A stretch of 38,783 nt of DNA from Pseudomonadota bacterium (lineage in GTDB: Bacteria; Pseudomonadota; Alphaproteobacteria; Caulobacterales; Hyphomonadaceae): the NCBI GenBank assembly GCA_039820085.1, contig JBCBQS010000001.1:1-38783 (forward strand), read 5' to 3'. Under the pieces are notes generated by a model. The model saw only the letters and a program-made list of their open reading frames with translations, did no database searches and had not been told where the DNA came from. Of the stretch, positions 8,994-18,479 are shown in pieces. Positions within the stretch are counted from its first letter, which is position 1, and the number at the start of each line of letters is the position of its first letter. Position numbers and translations under genes: made by a program.

Positions 8994-9009
8994 CGGCGCG
9001 CGGTTTGCA
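8994..9009 (+). promoter_or_regulatory. Sigma54 (-24/-12) promoter of spmX
   Basis: CGGCGCG-CGGT-TTGCA with exact GG(8995-96)-N10-GC(9007-08) spacing, 48 bp upstream of ATG 9057. spmX is a known sigma54/TacA target in Caulobacter. Confidence 0.75.
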
Positions 9010-9056
9010 CTCCCCCCTGGGTCAGACAGAATATCTGTCCCAAACCGGAGCAGGTG

Positions 9057-10271
9057 ATGGCATTGAATATGCGCACATCTCAAGCGGGACTGAACGTCAT
9101 CAAGGCGTTCGAGGGGTTTCGCGCAAATTCAGAATTGCTCCCCAATGGTCGCTGGATCGTGGGCTATGGACACGTGCGCCGTGCGCGCGATGGAGTCAGC
9201 CTAAGCGAACCTGAAGCCGAAGCGATCCTGCGCGAATATGATCTGCCGCCGGTCGAGCGTTACGTAACCCATTGTGTGCTTGCACCGATGAGCCAGAATG
9301 AGTTCGACGCGCTGGTTTCTTTGGCCTTTAACATTGGCGCCAAAGCCTTTGCCAGCAGCGATGTCGTTGCTGGAATCAATGGCGGCAACAGGTTGGATGC
9401 GGCCAATTCGTTTGACCTCTGGCGGCGGGCCAAGATTGGCGGGCGCATTCAAATTGTCGATGCGCTTGTGCGCCGACGCGCTGCTGAGAAAGCGCTTTTC
9501 TTGAACGCGCCCGGACGCGGACCTGTGGCGTCATCGCGATTGTACCGGGCGCTCCATGATAGCGAGGCGATGCCAGCGCTGCCGCAACCTCGGGAAATCC
9601 TTGTCGAGCATCGACCTGAGCCAGGGAAGACTGCGCAGAACGACGAGACACCTGAAACACAAGCACAAACGGCAACTGAGGCGGCCGCCGAATCGGTGCG
9701 CGAGCAGATGGTCCGCATCCTTGGCGAAGAAACGGTTGCCGAGCCCAAGTCCAATGATCAAACCGACGGCACAACGCCTGAAGAAATCGCCGCCGCGATC
9801 TCCGAACTTGCTGGCGAGACAGGCTCAGACGGCGTGCAAAAGTCGGTCTGGCCACCCCTTGAAGACTTACCGCCGCCGCCGTTCCCGGATGAGCCCCCGG
9901 CGCCCCGGCCCACAGATCCGGTCGAATTGGAGCCGATCGACGCCTTAGACGCTTCCGATGTGATCGATGATCTTGAAGAGGTCGAAGTGTCCCAGGCCAG
10001 CATCGACCGGGCCATGCAGGTCAATCAAGAGATCGAGGCGGAAGACCGCCAAAAAGACATTATGGGCGCTGCGCCATTCGGACTCCTGGCGCTGATCGGC
10101 GCGGCTTTAGGCGGTTATGGTGTCGGCAGTCAGCTCGGCATGATTCAATCTCGGCGGACGGTTGAAAGCGAACTTTCAGTGTTCTTACCGCCATTCTTGA
10201 TGCTGCTCGGCGGGATTTTGTTTGCGTCTATGGCTTACTATTTCTTCCGGGCTCTGTTTTCCGACAGGTAG
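9057..10271 (+). CDS. spmX: SpmX-like polar development factor (GH24 phage-lysozyme domain, acidic/Pro-rich linker, two C-terminal TM helices)
   Basis: IKAFEG, GYGH, QNEFDALVSLAFNIG and LVRRRAAEKALFL, followed by a P/E/D-rich linker and 2 TM segments. It lies between mgtE and isovaleryl-CoA dehydrogenase, as known for spmX. Start is ATG 9057 or 9069. Confidence 0.88.
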   Translation: MALNMRTSQAGLNVIKAFEGFRANSELLPNGRWIVGYGHVRRARDGVSLSEPEAEAILREYDLPPVERYVTHCVLAPMSQNEFDALVSLAFNIGAKAFASSDVVAGINGGNRLDAANSFDLWRRAKIGGRIQIVDALVRRRAAEKALFLNAPGRGPVASSRLYRALHDSEAMPALPQPREILVEHRPEPGKTAQNDETPETQAQTATEAAAESVREQMVRILGEETVAEPKSNDQTDGTTPEEIAAAISELAGETGSDGVQKSVWPPLEDLPPPPFPDEPPAPRPTDPVELEPIDALDASDVIDDLEEVEVSQASIDRAMQVNQEIEAEDRQKDIMGAAPFGLLALIGAALGGYGVGSQLGMIQSRRTVESELSVFLPPFLMLLGGILFASMAYYFFRALFSDR

Positions 10272-10319
10272 GACATTTCTATCATTGGCAGTCAGGGCAC
10301 ATCCGGCTAAACGGACGCC

Positions 10320-11492
10320 ATGATCCCGAATAGATATCCCACACTCAACTTCGACCTTGGCGAAACCGCGGACATGATCCGCGATACTGTGCAAGGATTT
10401 GCCCAAAACGAAATCGCGCCCCTGGCCGAAGAGATTGACCGCACGGATGTGTTTCCGCGTCAGCTCCTCCCGAAAATGGGAGAGCTTGGATTATTAGGCA
10501 TCACCGTCGAAGAAGAATGGGGCGGCACGGGACTTGGTTATCTTGAGCATGTCGTGGCGATGGAAGAAATCTCGCGCGCATCTGCGTCTGTCGGCCTGTC
10601 TTATGGCGCGCATTCAAACCTGTGTGTGAATCAGCTGCGGCGATGGGGAACAGATGATCAGAAAACGCGCTATCTCAGCAAACTGGTGAGCGGTGAGCAT
10701 CTCGGCGCGCTGGCAATGTCTGAAAGCGGTGCTGGCTCTGATGTTGTCAGTATGAAGCTACGAGCCGAGAAAAAAGGCGACCGCTACATCCTCAATGGCT
10801 CGAAAATGTGGATCACAAATTCCCCGGACGCTGACACGCTGATTGTCTATGCCAAGACCGAGCCAGAAAAGAAGTCTCGGGGGATCACAGCCTTTCTGAT
10901 CGAACGCGATTTCAAAGGATTCTCCGTCGCTCAGAAGCTCGACAAGCTGGGCATGCGGGGATCCGAAACCGGCGAGCTGGTCTTCGTGGATTGCGAGGTT
11001 CCAGAAGAGAATATCATGGGCCCTCTGAATGAAGGCGTCGAAGTGCTGATGAGCGGGCTCGACTATGAGCGCGCCGTGCTCTCCGCAGGTCCGACGGGGA
11101 TCATGCAAGCCTGTATGGATGTCGTTGTTCCTTACGTGCACGACCGAAAGCAGTTTGGAAAATCAATCGGTGAATTCCAACTCGTTCAGGGCAAGCTCGC
11201 TGACATGTATGTGCAAATGAATGCAGCCAAGGCCTATGTCTACGCGGTCGCCAAAGCCTGCGACCGGGGCGAGACCACGCGCAAAGACGCGGCGGGTGCG
11301 ATTTTATACGCGGCCGAAACTGCGACCAAGCTCGCGTTGGATGCAATCCAGCTTCTCGGCGGCAATGGCTATATCAATGAGTATCCAACTGGGCGGTTAT
11401 TGCGTGATGCCAAGCTCTATGAAATCGGCGCAGGCACGAGTGAGATCCGGCGGTTCCTGATTGGGCGTGAACTGTTTTCCGAGACGGCTTAA
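10320..11492 (+). CDS. ivd: Isovaleryl-CoA dehydrogenase (LiuA)
   Basis: [44 protein letters not shown] and [13 protein letters not shown]. Confidence 0.96.
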   Translation: MIPNRYPTLNFDLGETADMIRDTVQGFAQNEIAPLAEEIDRTDVFPRQLLPKMGELGLLGITVEEEWGGTGLGYLEHVVAMEEISRASASVGLSYGAHSNLCVNQLRRWGTDDQKTRYLSKLVSGEHLGALAMSESGAGSDVVSMKLRAEKKGDRYILNGSKMWITNSPDADTLIVYAKTEPEKKSRGITAFLIERDFKGFSVAQKLDKLGMRGSETGELVFVDCEVPEENIMGPLNEGVEVLMSGLDYERAVLSAGPTGIMQACMDVVVPYVHDRKQFGKSIGEFQLVQGKLADMYVQMNAAKAYVYAVAKACDRGETTRKDAAGAILYAAETATKLALDAIQLLGGNGYINEYPTGRLLRDAKLYEIGAGTSEIRRFLIGRELFSETA

Positions 11493-11497
11493 GGGCT

Positions 11498-13303
11498 TCA
11501 AGCGACTTTTAACGCTGTACTCTGCTTGCTCAAATCGCTCTGCGCCAGAGCTTTGGTCGCGGCGAGATAGCCTGCTTCAACGGCATCATCATAGGCTTTC
11601 CAATCGCGCAGTTCGACGTCTTTGAGTTCTGGGGTGATCAGGACGTCAACAAGTTCGCGGCCAGAATTTGGATTCACACTGACCGTCGCGGATCGCATCA
11701 AAAGACCGGCGATTGGGGGCGCGCTGGATAAGCCATGTTTCGCGACCCAACCCATAAAGCCCGGCGGGTTGATAAATTCGCTTGAGTCTAAACCTTCGGG
11801 CGCTCGCGCAACATCGCAGCCGACCACGAAACCCCGTTGGAGTTCGCGCATCACATCGGTTGGGAAATTGTTCAAAACAGCCCCGTCGACAAGCACATCG
11901 CCTTGGTCGATGACGGGCGGAAGAATACCAGGCAAAGCAATGGTTGCCCGCAGCGCTTTACGCAACAGTCCTTGTCGATGAATCCGATAGGCGCCGTCGG
12001 TCAGATTGGTGGAGACTGCGAAGAACGGCAATTCTAGATCGCCAATCTCGGCCTCACCGAAATGCTCTTGTAGGCGCGCGTCAACGCGGCGACCTTTGAC
12101 CATGCCAACGACGGGGATATTCCAATCTCCGAGCGGATTCGATTCGACGAAAGCTTTGCGAATGCGTCGATCGATTTCATCATCATCCCAGCCCATTGCC
12201 ACGCATCCGGCAACCACGGCGCCCATTGAGGCCCCACCGGCAAAGTCAATCGGGATGTCTTGTTCGCGCATCGCCCGCACAGCACCAATATGGGCGTAAG
12301 CGCGCGCACCGCCGCCAGAAAACACAATTCCAACGCTGCGCCCTGCGATTGTCCGGGCAAGCCGGTCGCAATGGACGCCTTCGACACGGTGCCAGTGAAA
12401 CACGCGCGCGCCGCCAGAGGCCCGAAGCCAATCCGACGGTCGGCAGGCTTTGCGTTCAGCGCCATGGTGCAGCAGCACAACATCGACCAGCTTCAAAGAT
12501 TGAGCCGGCGAATTTTCTTCTGGGAACAGAGGATAGGACGGTTTCGCGTCGGCGCGGGCGAGGACCCAGATGCGATCGGCCTGGCGCATCGATAGTCGGT
12601 ACCAAGGATTATCGCCCATGGTTGAAATCAGGATGACGATGTCATTCTCAAGCTCAAGCTGATCGAAGAATGCCGATGGTTTCTCGTGGCCTTCTTCTTC
12701 CTCGACGATCCGGGATTTTATCCCCAGTCGCTGGAGCGACGTCTGAAGCGCTTCGGCGCGCAATTCCAAATCGATTGTTGGTGAGGTGCCAACCAGGGCA
12801 AACACTTTTGGCGCGGTGCGTCGGTTGCGTTGATTGCCTTCTTGCAGGCGAGAGAGGATCAAGCGGATGATCGCCGTAAGGATCTCCGGCTCTGCTGTGC
12901 TGAGGCGCTGAAAGCCGGCGCGCGAAATCTCTAGGACTTCGCTGTCGCGGAGCGCGTAGACAGATGATGTGTGCGGAACGTTTTCAGGCGCGCCATCGCC
13001 ATCGAGATCAATGCCGCCTTGAAACATCGCCATCTCGCCGACCGGTTCGCCGGCCCGAATATGCCCGAGAAACTCGCTGCGGCCATCGCGCATCGCTTTG
13101 AATGCGCCGAACGAGCCAGAAAGGACGAAAAAGATCGAATCCGACATCTCGCCCGCGCGAAAGAGCGGCCATCCGGCCGGGACGGAGAACCAACGGGCTT
13201 CCTTGCCTGCTGCGCGCAATGCGCGGCGAGGGACATCTTCCAGGAATTTGATCGAAGCAAGGGCAGGGACCACGTCCAAGCTCATGCCGCCAAACAGACC
13301 CAT
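11498..13303 (-). CDS. cNMP-binding domain + patatin (NTE-like) phospholipase
   Basis: N-terminal cNMP fold (LFRAGE, GEMA, VYALRDS). Patatin motifs GGGARA, GASMG and DGA. GGAG RBS supports ATG 13303 (track start 13351). Confidence 0.9.
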   Translation of the reverse strand: MGLFGGMSLDVVPALASIKFLEDVPRRALRAAGKEARWFSVPAGWPLFRAGEMSDSIFFVLSGSFGAFKAMRDGRSEFLGHIRAGEPVGEMAMFQGGIDLDGDGAPENVPHTSSVYALRDSEVLEISRAGFQRLSTAEPEILTAIIRLILSRLQEGNQRNRRTAPKVFALVGTSPTIDLELRAEALQTSLQRLGIKSRIVEEEEGHEKPSAFFDQLELENDIVILISTMGDNPWYRLSMRQADRIWVLARADAKPSYPLFPEENSPAQSLKLVDVVLLHHGAERKACRPSDWLRASGGARVFHWHRVEGVHCDRLARTIAGRSVGIVFSGGGARAYAHIGAVRAMREQDIPIDFAGGASMGAVVAGCVAMGWDDDEIDRRIRKAFVESNPLGDWNIPVVGMVKGRRVDARLQEHFGEAEIGDLELPFFAVSTNLTDGAYRIHRQGLLRKALRATIALPGILPPVIDQGDVLVDGAVLNNFPTDVMRELQRGFVVGCDVARAPEGLDSSEFINPPGFMGWVAKHGLSSAPPIAGLLMRSATVSVNPNSGRELVDVLITPELKDVELRDWKAYDDAVEAGYLAATKALAQSDLSKQSTALKVA

Positions 13304-13449
13304 TATGCGTTCTCCATTGGACTCCACCGTTGAACTCTGAATATGGGACAAATTTGTGAAGGAATTGATGACTTTGCATCAAAAGCTCGGGATGACAGGT
13401 TTACCGCGCCCGGTTAAGGCGTATCGACACTGCTTCGGGGAGGGCGCTC

Positions 13450-15057
13450 ATGCCTGTCTTAAAGTCAAAACTTGATGTTGCGGGTGCGGCCTATTCCGCC
13501 AATCGCAGAGCGATGGAGCATTTGGTTGAAGAGCTGCAGGAAAAGACTGCGCAAGCGTCGCTCGGCGGCTCTGAGCGGGCAAGAGAGCGGCATGTTTCTC
13601 GTGGCAAACTGTTGCCGCGTGACCGGGTTGAAAAACTGCTCGATCCCGCGACCCCATTTCTCGAGATCGGCGCGCTCGCGGCCCATGACATGTATGACAA
13701 CGAAGCGCCCGGCGCGGGGATCATTACCGGCATAGGCCAGGTCGAAGGCCGCACGTGTATGATCATTTGCAATGATGCGACTGTTAAAGGCGGCACGTAT
13801 TATCCGGTCACCGTCAAAAAACATTTACGGGCTCAGGAAATCGCGCTCGAAAACCACCTGCCATGTATCTATTTGGTCGACAGTGGCGGCGCCAATCTTC
13901 CTCATCAGTCAGAGATTTTTCCGGACCGAGAGCATTTTGGGCGGATCTTTTTCAATCAAGCGAACATGAGTGCCAAAGGTATCCCGCAAATCGCTGCCGT
14001 GATGGGATCCTGCACAGCTGGCGGGGCTTACGTGCCCGCGATGTCTGATGAAACGATCATCGTGCGCAAACAAGGCACAATCTTTCTCGGCGGACCGCCG
14101 CTCGTTAAAGCCGCGACAGGTGAAGTCATTTCAGCTGAAGATCTTGGCGGGGCGGATGTCCATGCGCGCCAGTCCGGTGTCGCTGATCATTATGCAGCGA
14201 GCGACGATCATGCGCTGGCGATTGTGCGGTCGATTGTTCGGACGCTGCACGTGCCGAAGCCCGACCCTGTTGGGTTGGTCGAAGTCGCTGAGCCGCTCTA
14301 TGATCCAGCTGAATTGCACGGACTGGTCCCGCAGGACCTGCGCGAGCCATATGACGCGCGGGAGATCATTGCCCGTTTGGTTGATGGCTCTGAGTTCCAT
14401 GAGTTCAAAAAGCTGTATGGCGAGACACTGGTTTGCGGATTTGGCAAGCTGTATGGAATGCCAATCGCGATTCTAGCGAACAATGGGATCCTGTTCTCAG
14501 AAAGCGCGCAAAAGGCGGCGCATTTCATCGAGCTTGCTGATCAACGCCGGATCCCGCTTCTATTTTTGCAAAACATTACGGGCTTCATGGTCGGCTCGAA
14601 ATATGAGGCTGGCGGGATCGCCAAGGATGGCGCAAAAATGGTCACGGCTGTTGCAACGGCGTCTGTTCCAAAACTGACTCTCGTAACCGGTGGCTCATTC
14701 GGCGCTGGCAATTATGGCATGTGCGGCCGCGCTTACAGTCCGCGGTTCATGTTCATGTGGCCGAACGCGCGAATCTCAGTGATGGGCGGAGAGCAAGCGG
14801 CCTCCGTGCTTGCGACGGTGAAGCGCGATGGCATGGACCGTCGCGGCGAAGACTGGCCCACGGACGACGAGGAAGCGTTTAAAACGCCGATCCGGGAGCT
14901 TTATGAGAAAGAGGGATCTCCGTACTTTTCGACGGCGCGGTTGTGGGATGATGGTATCATTGATCCAGCGGACACGCGCCGCGTGCTTGGGTTGGCGCTG
15001 TCGGCGACGTTAAACGCCCCGTTCAAAGAACGCGGGTTTGGCGTGTTCAGAATGTAG
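13450..15057 (+). CDS. liuB: 3-methylcrotonyl-CoA carboxylase beta subunit (carboxyltransferase)
   Basis: [47 protein letters not shown] and GVFRM end. Clustered with ivd. Confidence 0.94.
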   Translation: MPVLKSKLDVAGAAYSANRRAMEHLVEELQEKTAQASLGGSERARERHVSRGKLLPRDRVEKLLDPATPFLEIGALAAHDMYDNEAPGAGIITGIGQVEGRTCMIICNDATVKGGTYYPVTVKKHLRAQEIALENHLPCIYLVDSGGANLPHQSEIFPDREHFGRIFFNQANMSAKGIPQIAAVMGSCTAGGAYVPAMSDETIIVRKQGTIFLGGPPLVKAATGEVISAEDLGGADVHARQSGVADHYAASDDHALAIVRSIVRTLHVPKPDPVGLVEVAEPLYDPAELHGLVPQDLREPYDAREIIARLVDGSEFHEFKKLYGETLVCGFGKLYGMPIAILANNGILFSESAQKAAHFIELADQRRIPLLFLQNITGFMVGSKYEAGGIAKDGAKMVTAVATASVPKLTLVTGGSFGAGNYGMCGRAYSPRFMFMWPNARISVMGGEQAASVLATVKRDGMDRRGEDWPTDDEEAFKTPIRELYEKEGSPYFSTARLWDDGIIDPADTRRVLGLALSATLNAPFKERGFGVFRM

Positions 15058-15204
15058 CGGTCCATGCTCGGCTGTTCCGGAAACCCAAACAGCCCTTTTT
15101 GAGATTACAAAACGTTAACTACAAATGTAACACGCGCTACTGTTACGGGTGTAACACGCCTTCTCAAGGGGCGTATTCTCTAACCGTTCCAGGGAGGGAC
15201 ATTT

Positions 15205-15504
15205 ATGAAACTCAAACTGACAACGCTAACTGTTGGCTTGTTCGCAGCCGGCGCATTCGCAACGGCTCATGCAGGCTCTCCTGCTGATTATTTCACCAAA
15301 ATTGACGCAGACGCCAGTGGTATGATTACCCAGGCCGAGTATGTCGCCTACAAGACGACAGACGGCAAATATTCGGCAGAGAAAGCCAGCGAGAAATTCG
15401 CAAAATTGGCCGGAGATGATGGCCAACTTTCACTTGCCGAATTCGAGGCTGCGATGACAAAATCGAAGGCCAAATCGGATAAAAAGAAAGAGCGAACCAC
15501 CTAA
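15205..15504 (+). CDS. Small secreted EF-hand protein
   Basis: Signal peptide ending ATAHA. EF-like loops DADASGMITQAE and GDDGQLSLAEF. GGGAGG RBS. Confidence 0.85.
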   Translation: MKLKLTTLTVGLFAAGAFATAHAGSPADYFTKIDADASGMITQAEYVAYKTTDGKYSAEKASEKFAKLAGDDGQLSLAEFEAAMTKSKAKSDKKKERTT

Positions 15505-15530
15505 ATATAGGGGTAAATCGCCAATCTTAG

Positions 15531-15564
15531 AAAAGCGCCCGCAGACCATCTGTGGGCGTTTTTT
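15531..15564 (+). terminator. Rho-independent terminator (possibly bidirectional)
   Basis: AAAAGCGCCCGCAGA-CCA-TCTGTGGGCGTTTTTT hairpin with T tract, just after the EF-hand gene. Confidence 0.88.
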
Positions 15565-15605
15565 ATGCGCTTGTTTCAAATCAGAAGGACGCTTAAGCAT
15601 GAGAC

Positions 15606-16727
15606 ATGAGGACTGCGTTCAACCGTTTCGACTTTATCCGTCTTCTGCTGGCAAGCTTGGTTTTTTTCTATCACGCGGTGTCACTTAGTTCGTTTGCAGC
15701 GCTGACTGCTTATGAGACGATCTTCTCTACGATGGCGGAGCTCTCAATCCAGGGTTTCTTCGTGATTTCTGGTCTTCTCGTCTATGGTTCTCTGGAACAC
15801 TCAGACAATATCGCAGACTATGCCGGTAAGCGGGCGAGGCGGCTCTATCCTGCCTATGCGGTCGTGATTCTCATCCCCGCTTTGGTGAGTTTCTTTTTCA
15901 CGTTCGGTGAGCGCGACGCATTCGGCGAAATCCTCCGCTACATGGCGGCCAATCTGATCTTTTTGAACTTTCTCGAGCCAAATCTGCCAGGGCTATTTGA
16001 AGCCAATCGGTTTACCGACGTGAACGGCGCGCTATGGACCCTCAAGATCGAGGTCATGTTCTATATCGCGCTGCCATTGATTGCCTGGGTTTTGCGGAAA
16101 ATGCGCGGTCTGTGGTGGATCGGTATTGGCGCGCTGGTCTTCGCCGCGTTTGTCTGGAAATCCGCCCTCCTTGCCTATGACGGCGCCTACGCGGCGCAGC
16201 TTTCGCGGCAATTGCCCGGACAGATGATGTTTTTTGCAGCGGGTATGGCGGTTTGGCGGCTGCGCGCGTCACTCATCCCACACGCGACGAGCCTATTTTG
16301 CATTGGGCTGGTGACTCTGACCCTCTCTCTTATCATCCCAGCGCTCGACGCGTTGCGGGTCTTAGGATTGTCGTGCCTGATTGTTGGGATCGCGCATATG
16401 CCCGGTCCACCGCTGAAGGCTGCTCGCTGGGGTGACATTAGCTATGGCGTCTACATCGTCCATTTTCCGATCCTTCAAGGCTTGGTCATGGCGGGTGTGT
16501 TTGAACAACTGGGCTGGGCGGGTGGACTGGCCTTGGCGACCATATTGGTCTTCACTTCGTCTTATCTCTTATGGTGGTGGGTTGAAAAACCTGCGCTGCG
16601 CCGCGATAGCCACTATCGAACCGTCTCAAAGGAAGAAGAAGACGATGAGCGAATACGACACAATCACACTGGACGCGACCCGCGCTGGAATCGCGATCCT
16701 AACGCTGAACCGTCCAGATCGACATAA
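15606..16727 (+). CDS. Acyltransferase family 3 (OafA-like) membrane protein
   Basis: FDFIRLLLA..V..YH, FFVISG, KRARRLYPAY, NGALWTL..E..FY, GDISYGVYIVHFP and VEKP. The ORF overruns the next gene by 83 bp. Confidence 0.92.
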   Translation: MRTAFNRFDFIRLLLASLVFFYHAVSLSSFAALTAYETIFSTMAELSIQGFFVISGLLVYGSLEHSDNIADYAGKRARRLYPAYAVVILIPALVSFFFTFGERDAFGEILRYMAANLIFLNFLEPNLPGLFEANRFTDVNGALWTLKIEVMFYIALPLIAWVLRKMRGLWWIGIGALVFAAFVWKSALLAYDGAYAAQLSRQLPGQMMFFAAGMAVWRLRASLIPHATSLFCIGLVTLTLSLIIPALDALRVLGLSCLIVGIAHMPGPPLKAARWGDISYGVYIVHFPILQGLVMAGVFEQLGWAGGLALATILVFTSSYLLWWWVEKPALRRDSHYRTVSKEEEDDERIRHNHTGRDPRWNRDPNAEPSRST

Positions 16728-17439
16728 CGCATTTAACAGTCAGGTGATCGAAGAGCTCACTGACGCTCTGGAAACCCTCGAAGAACAAGACACGTTGCGG
16801 ATGGTCATTCTGAGGGGCGCTGGAAAAAGTTTTTCAGCTGGAGCGGACCTAGAATGGATGAAAGCGGCGCAACACTGGACTCGTGAGGATAATGAGCAAG
16901 ACGCTTTGGCGCTTGCAGAAATGCTCCGAAAACTCGCTGAGCTGCCACAGATGACTGTGGCCTTGGTTCAGGGGGCTGCGATGGGGGGCGGGGCTGGTTT
17001 GGTCGCCGCCTGTGATGTCGCGGTTGCGGTGAATTCGGCAAAGTTCAAATTCAGCGAAGTTCGCCTGGGTCTCACGCCGGCGACAATTTCGCCTTTTGTG
17101 ATCAACGCAATCGGTCCGCGTTGGGCCAAAGCCCTGTTTGTCACCGCCGAAGGGTTTGATGCCGCGTTTGCGGAGAAAATCGGGCTTGTTCAATATGTTG
17201 TCGATGATCTTGAAGGGCTAGCCGCCATGGAGGAACATATTGCTTCGCTCGCCATGGGGGCGGCGCCGGGCGCGATCCGAGACGCAAAGAACCTGGTCCT
17301 CGATTTCGCGGGTGAGCCCGCGAGCGCAACGCTCAGCAAAGAGACCGCCAAGCGGATTGCCGCACGCCGTGTCAGTGATGAAGGCAAAGAAGGCCTCGCG
17401 GCTTTCTTGGAAAAACGCAAGCCGAACTGGGCAGACTAA
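16645..17439 (+). CDS. liuC: Enoyl-CoA hydratase family, probable methylglutaconyl-CoA hydratase
   Basis: LNRPDRHNAF, FSAGADLEWM, GGGAGLVAACD, SEVRLGLTPATISPFV and AFLEKRKP. True start is ATG 16645. Sits in the liu context. Confidence 0.88.
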   Translation: MSEYDTITLDATRAGIAILTLNRPDRHNAFNSQVIEELTDALETLEEQDTLRMVILRGAGKSFSAGADLEWMKAAQHWTREDNEQDALALAEMLRKLAELPQMTVALVQGAAMGGGAGLVAACDVAVAVNSAKFKFSEVRLGLTPATISPFVINAIGPRWAKALFVTAEGFDAAFAEKIGLVQYVVDDLEGLAAMEEHIASLAMGAAPGAIRDAKNLVLDFAGEPASATLSKETAKRIAARRVSDEGKEGLAAFLEKRKPNWAD

Positions 17440-17565
17440 GGATCGGACAACCGACTGTCGGTTTTGACAGACCGGGTCAATTCAACCGACCCGATAAGCA
17501 AGCTTGAAAGGACAAATGGAATAGCAAAACGGTTCAAGAGGGGCAGCGACCCCTAGGAGGTGGAC

Positions 17566-18006
17566 TTGCCCAAACGTTTGAACCGCGTCGTTCCGATTTT
17601 TCTTTCCAGCATCGTGCTTGCAACGCTGAACGACCCGCCATTGGCCCAAAGCATCGCTGGGGGTGGAAAGACTTGTTATGTCAGCAAATTCAAATTTGAG
17701 AATGAAGGCGCTTACGAGCTTAGCATCTTCAAAGTCGGGTCGTACACGTTTGACGGCTTTCTGTCACAAGGCCAATCACGGACCTGGGATATCTCAAAGG
17801 CCGGACTTGAGAACGGGACGGACGCGTTTCTCACTTACCGCATCGATCAAGGCTCAGGCTATAGCCGCAAAAGCTGTAAGAAGGACGATACGCAGTTAAA
17901 GTATCACCCGGATGGCAACACTTGGGGGTATTGGTCCAAGGGCTCGACGAGGATCAATAATCGCTGCCGGTTTCGCAGCAATACCTGCATCGCCAAGGTA
18001 GATTAA
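17566..18006 (+). CDS. Secreted hypothetical beta-rich protein with 4 Cys
   Basis: GGAGG at 17556-60 fits in-frame TTG 17566. Basic then hydrophobic N-terminus. No family confidently recognised. Confidence 0.65.
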   Translation: MPKRLNRVVPIFLSSIVLATLNDPPLAQSIAGGGKTCYVSKFKFENEGAYELSIFKVGSYTFDGFLSQGQSRTWDISKAGLENGTDAFLTYRIDQGSGYSRKSCKKDDTQLKYHPDGNTWGYWSKGSTRINNRCRFRSNTCIAKVD

Positions 18007-18021
18007 GTCTGTCAAGCGACG

Positions 18022-18363
18022 TCACCCGACGCCTGGAATTGCGCCGACGGGAAGCCCGATATCGCGTAACACACCAATGCTGGCGTCAACTGGATTTATC
18101 CCTGTCATCGCTTCAATTTGTGTTTGAAAGACAAAAATCACCACGCCAAACATGATGGCGTAAATCAAAAACTGCATCAGTGATTTCAGGATGAAAGCGC
18201 CCGCACTGCCTGCGACGAGGCCGACCCCGCCCAAGATGAGCGCGCCCGTGATAGGAGTCAATTCGCTCACGGTTTCGGCTTGCGTATAGCCGATGTACCC
18301 GCCAACTCCGGCGCCAATGAGACCCGCAAGACTGCTTAACCGAACTCCAGATGCGTATGCCAT
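18022..18363 (-). CDS. Small Gly-rich membrane protein (about 3 TM)
   Basis: Glycine-zipper-like helices LAGLIGAGVGGYIG and GALILGGVGLVAGSAG. AAGGGG RBS. Confidence 0.75.
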   Translation of the reverse strand: MAYASGVRLSSLAGLIGAGVGGYIGYTQAETVSELTPITGALILGGVGLVAGSAGAFILKSLMQFLIYAIMFGVVIFVFQTQIEAMTGINPVDASIGVLRDIGLPVGAIPGVG

Positions 18364-18479
18364 TGTTTTACCCCTTAAACTTTTGTTTGGTTTAGCTTAG
18401 GCGGTAAACCAAGTTTGGGGCAAGGTTCTTTGCTGCGTGAGACCGGCAGAGATCGGGAACGGACAAGAGGCGAACGGGA

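Noticed and set aside
9057-10271. Lysozyme as the GTA endolysin
   Set aside because: Its architecture (long linker, 2 TM), synteny and sigma54 promoter identify it as SpmX.
17449-17495. Short inverted repeats after liuC (AACCGA-CTG-TCGGTT; CGGGTC...GACCCG)
   Set aside because: Stems are short. At most a weak terminator, and not repeated elsewhere as a REP-like element.
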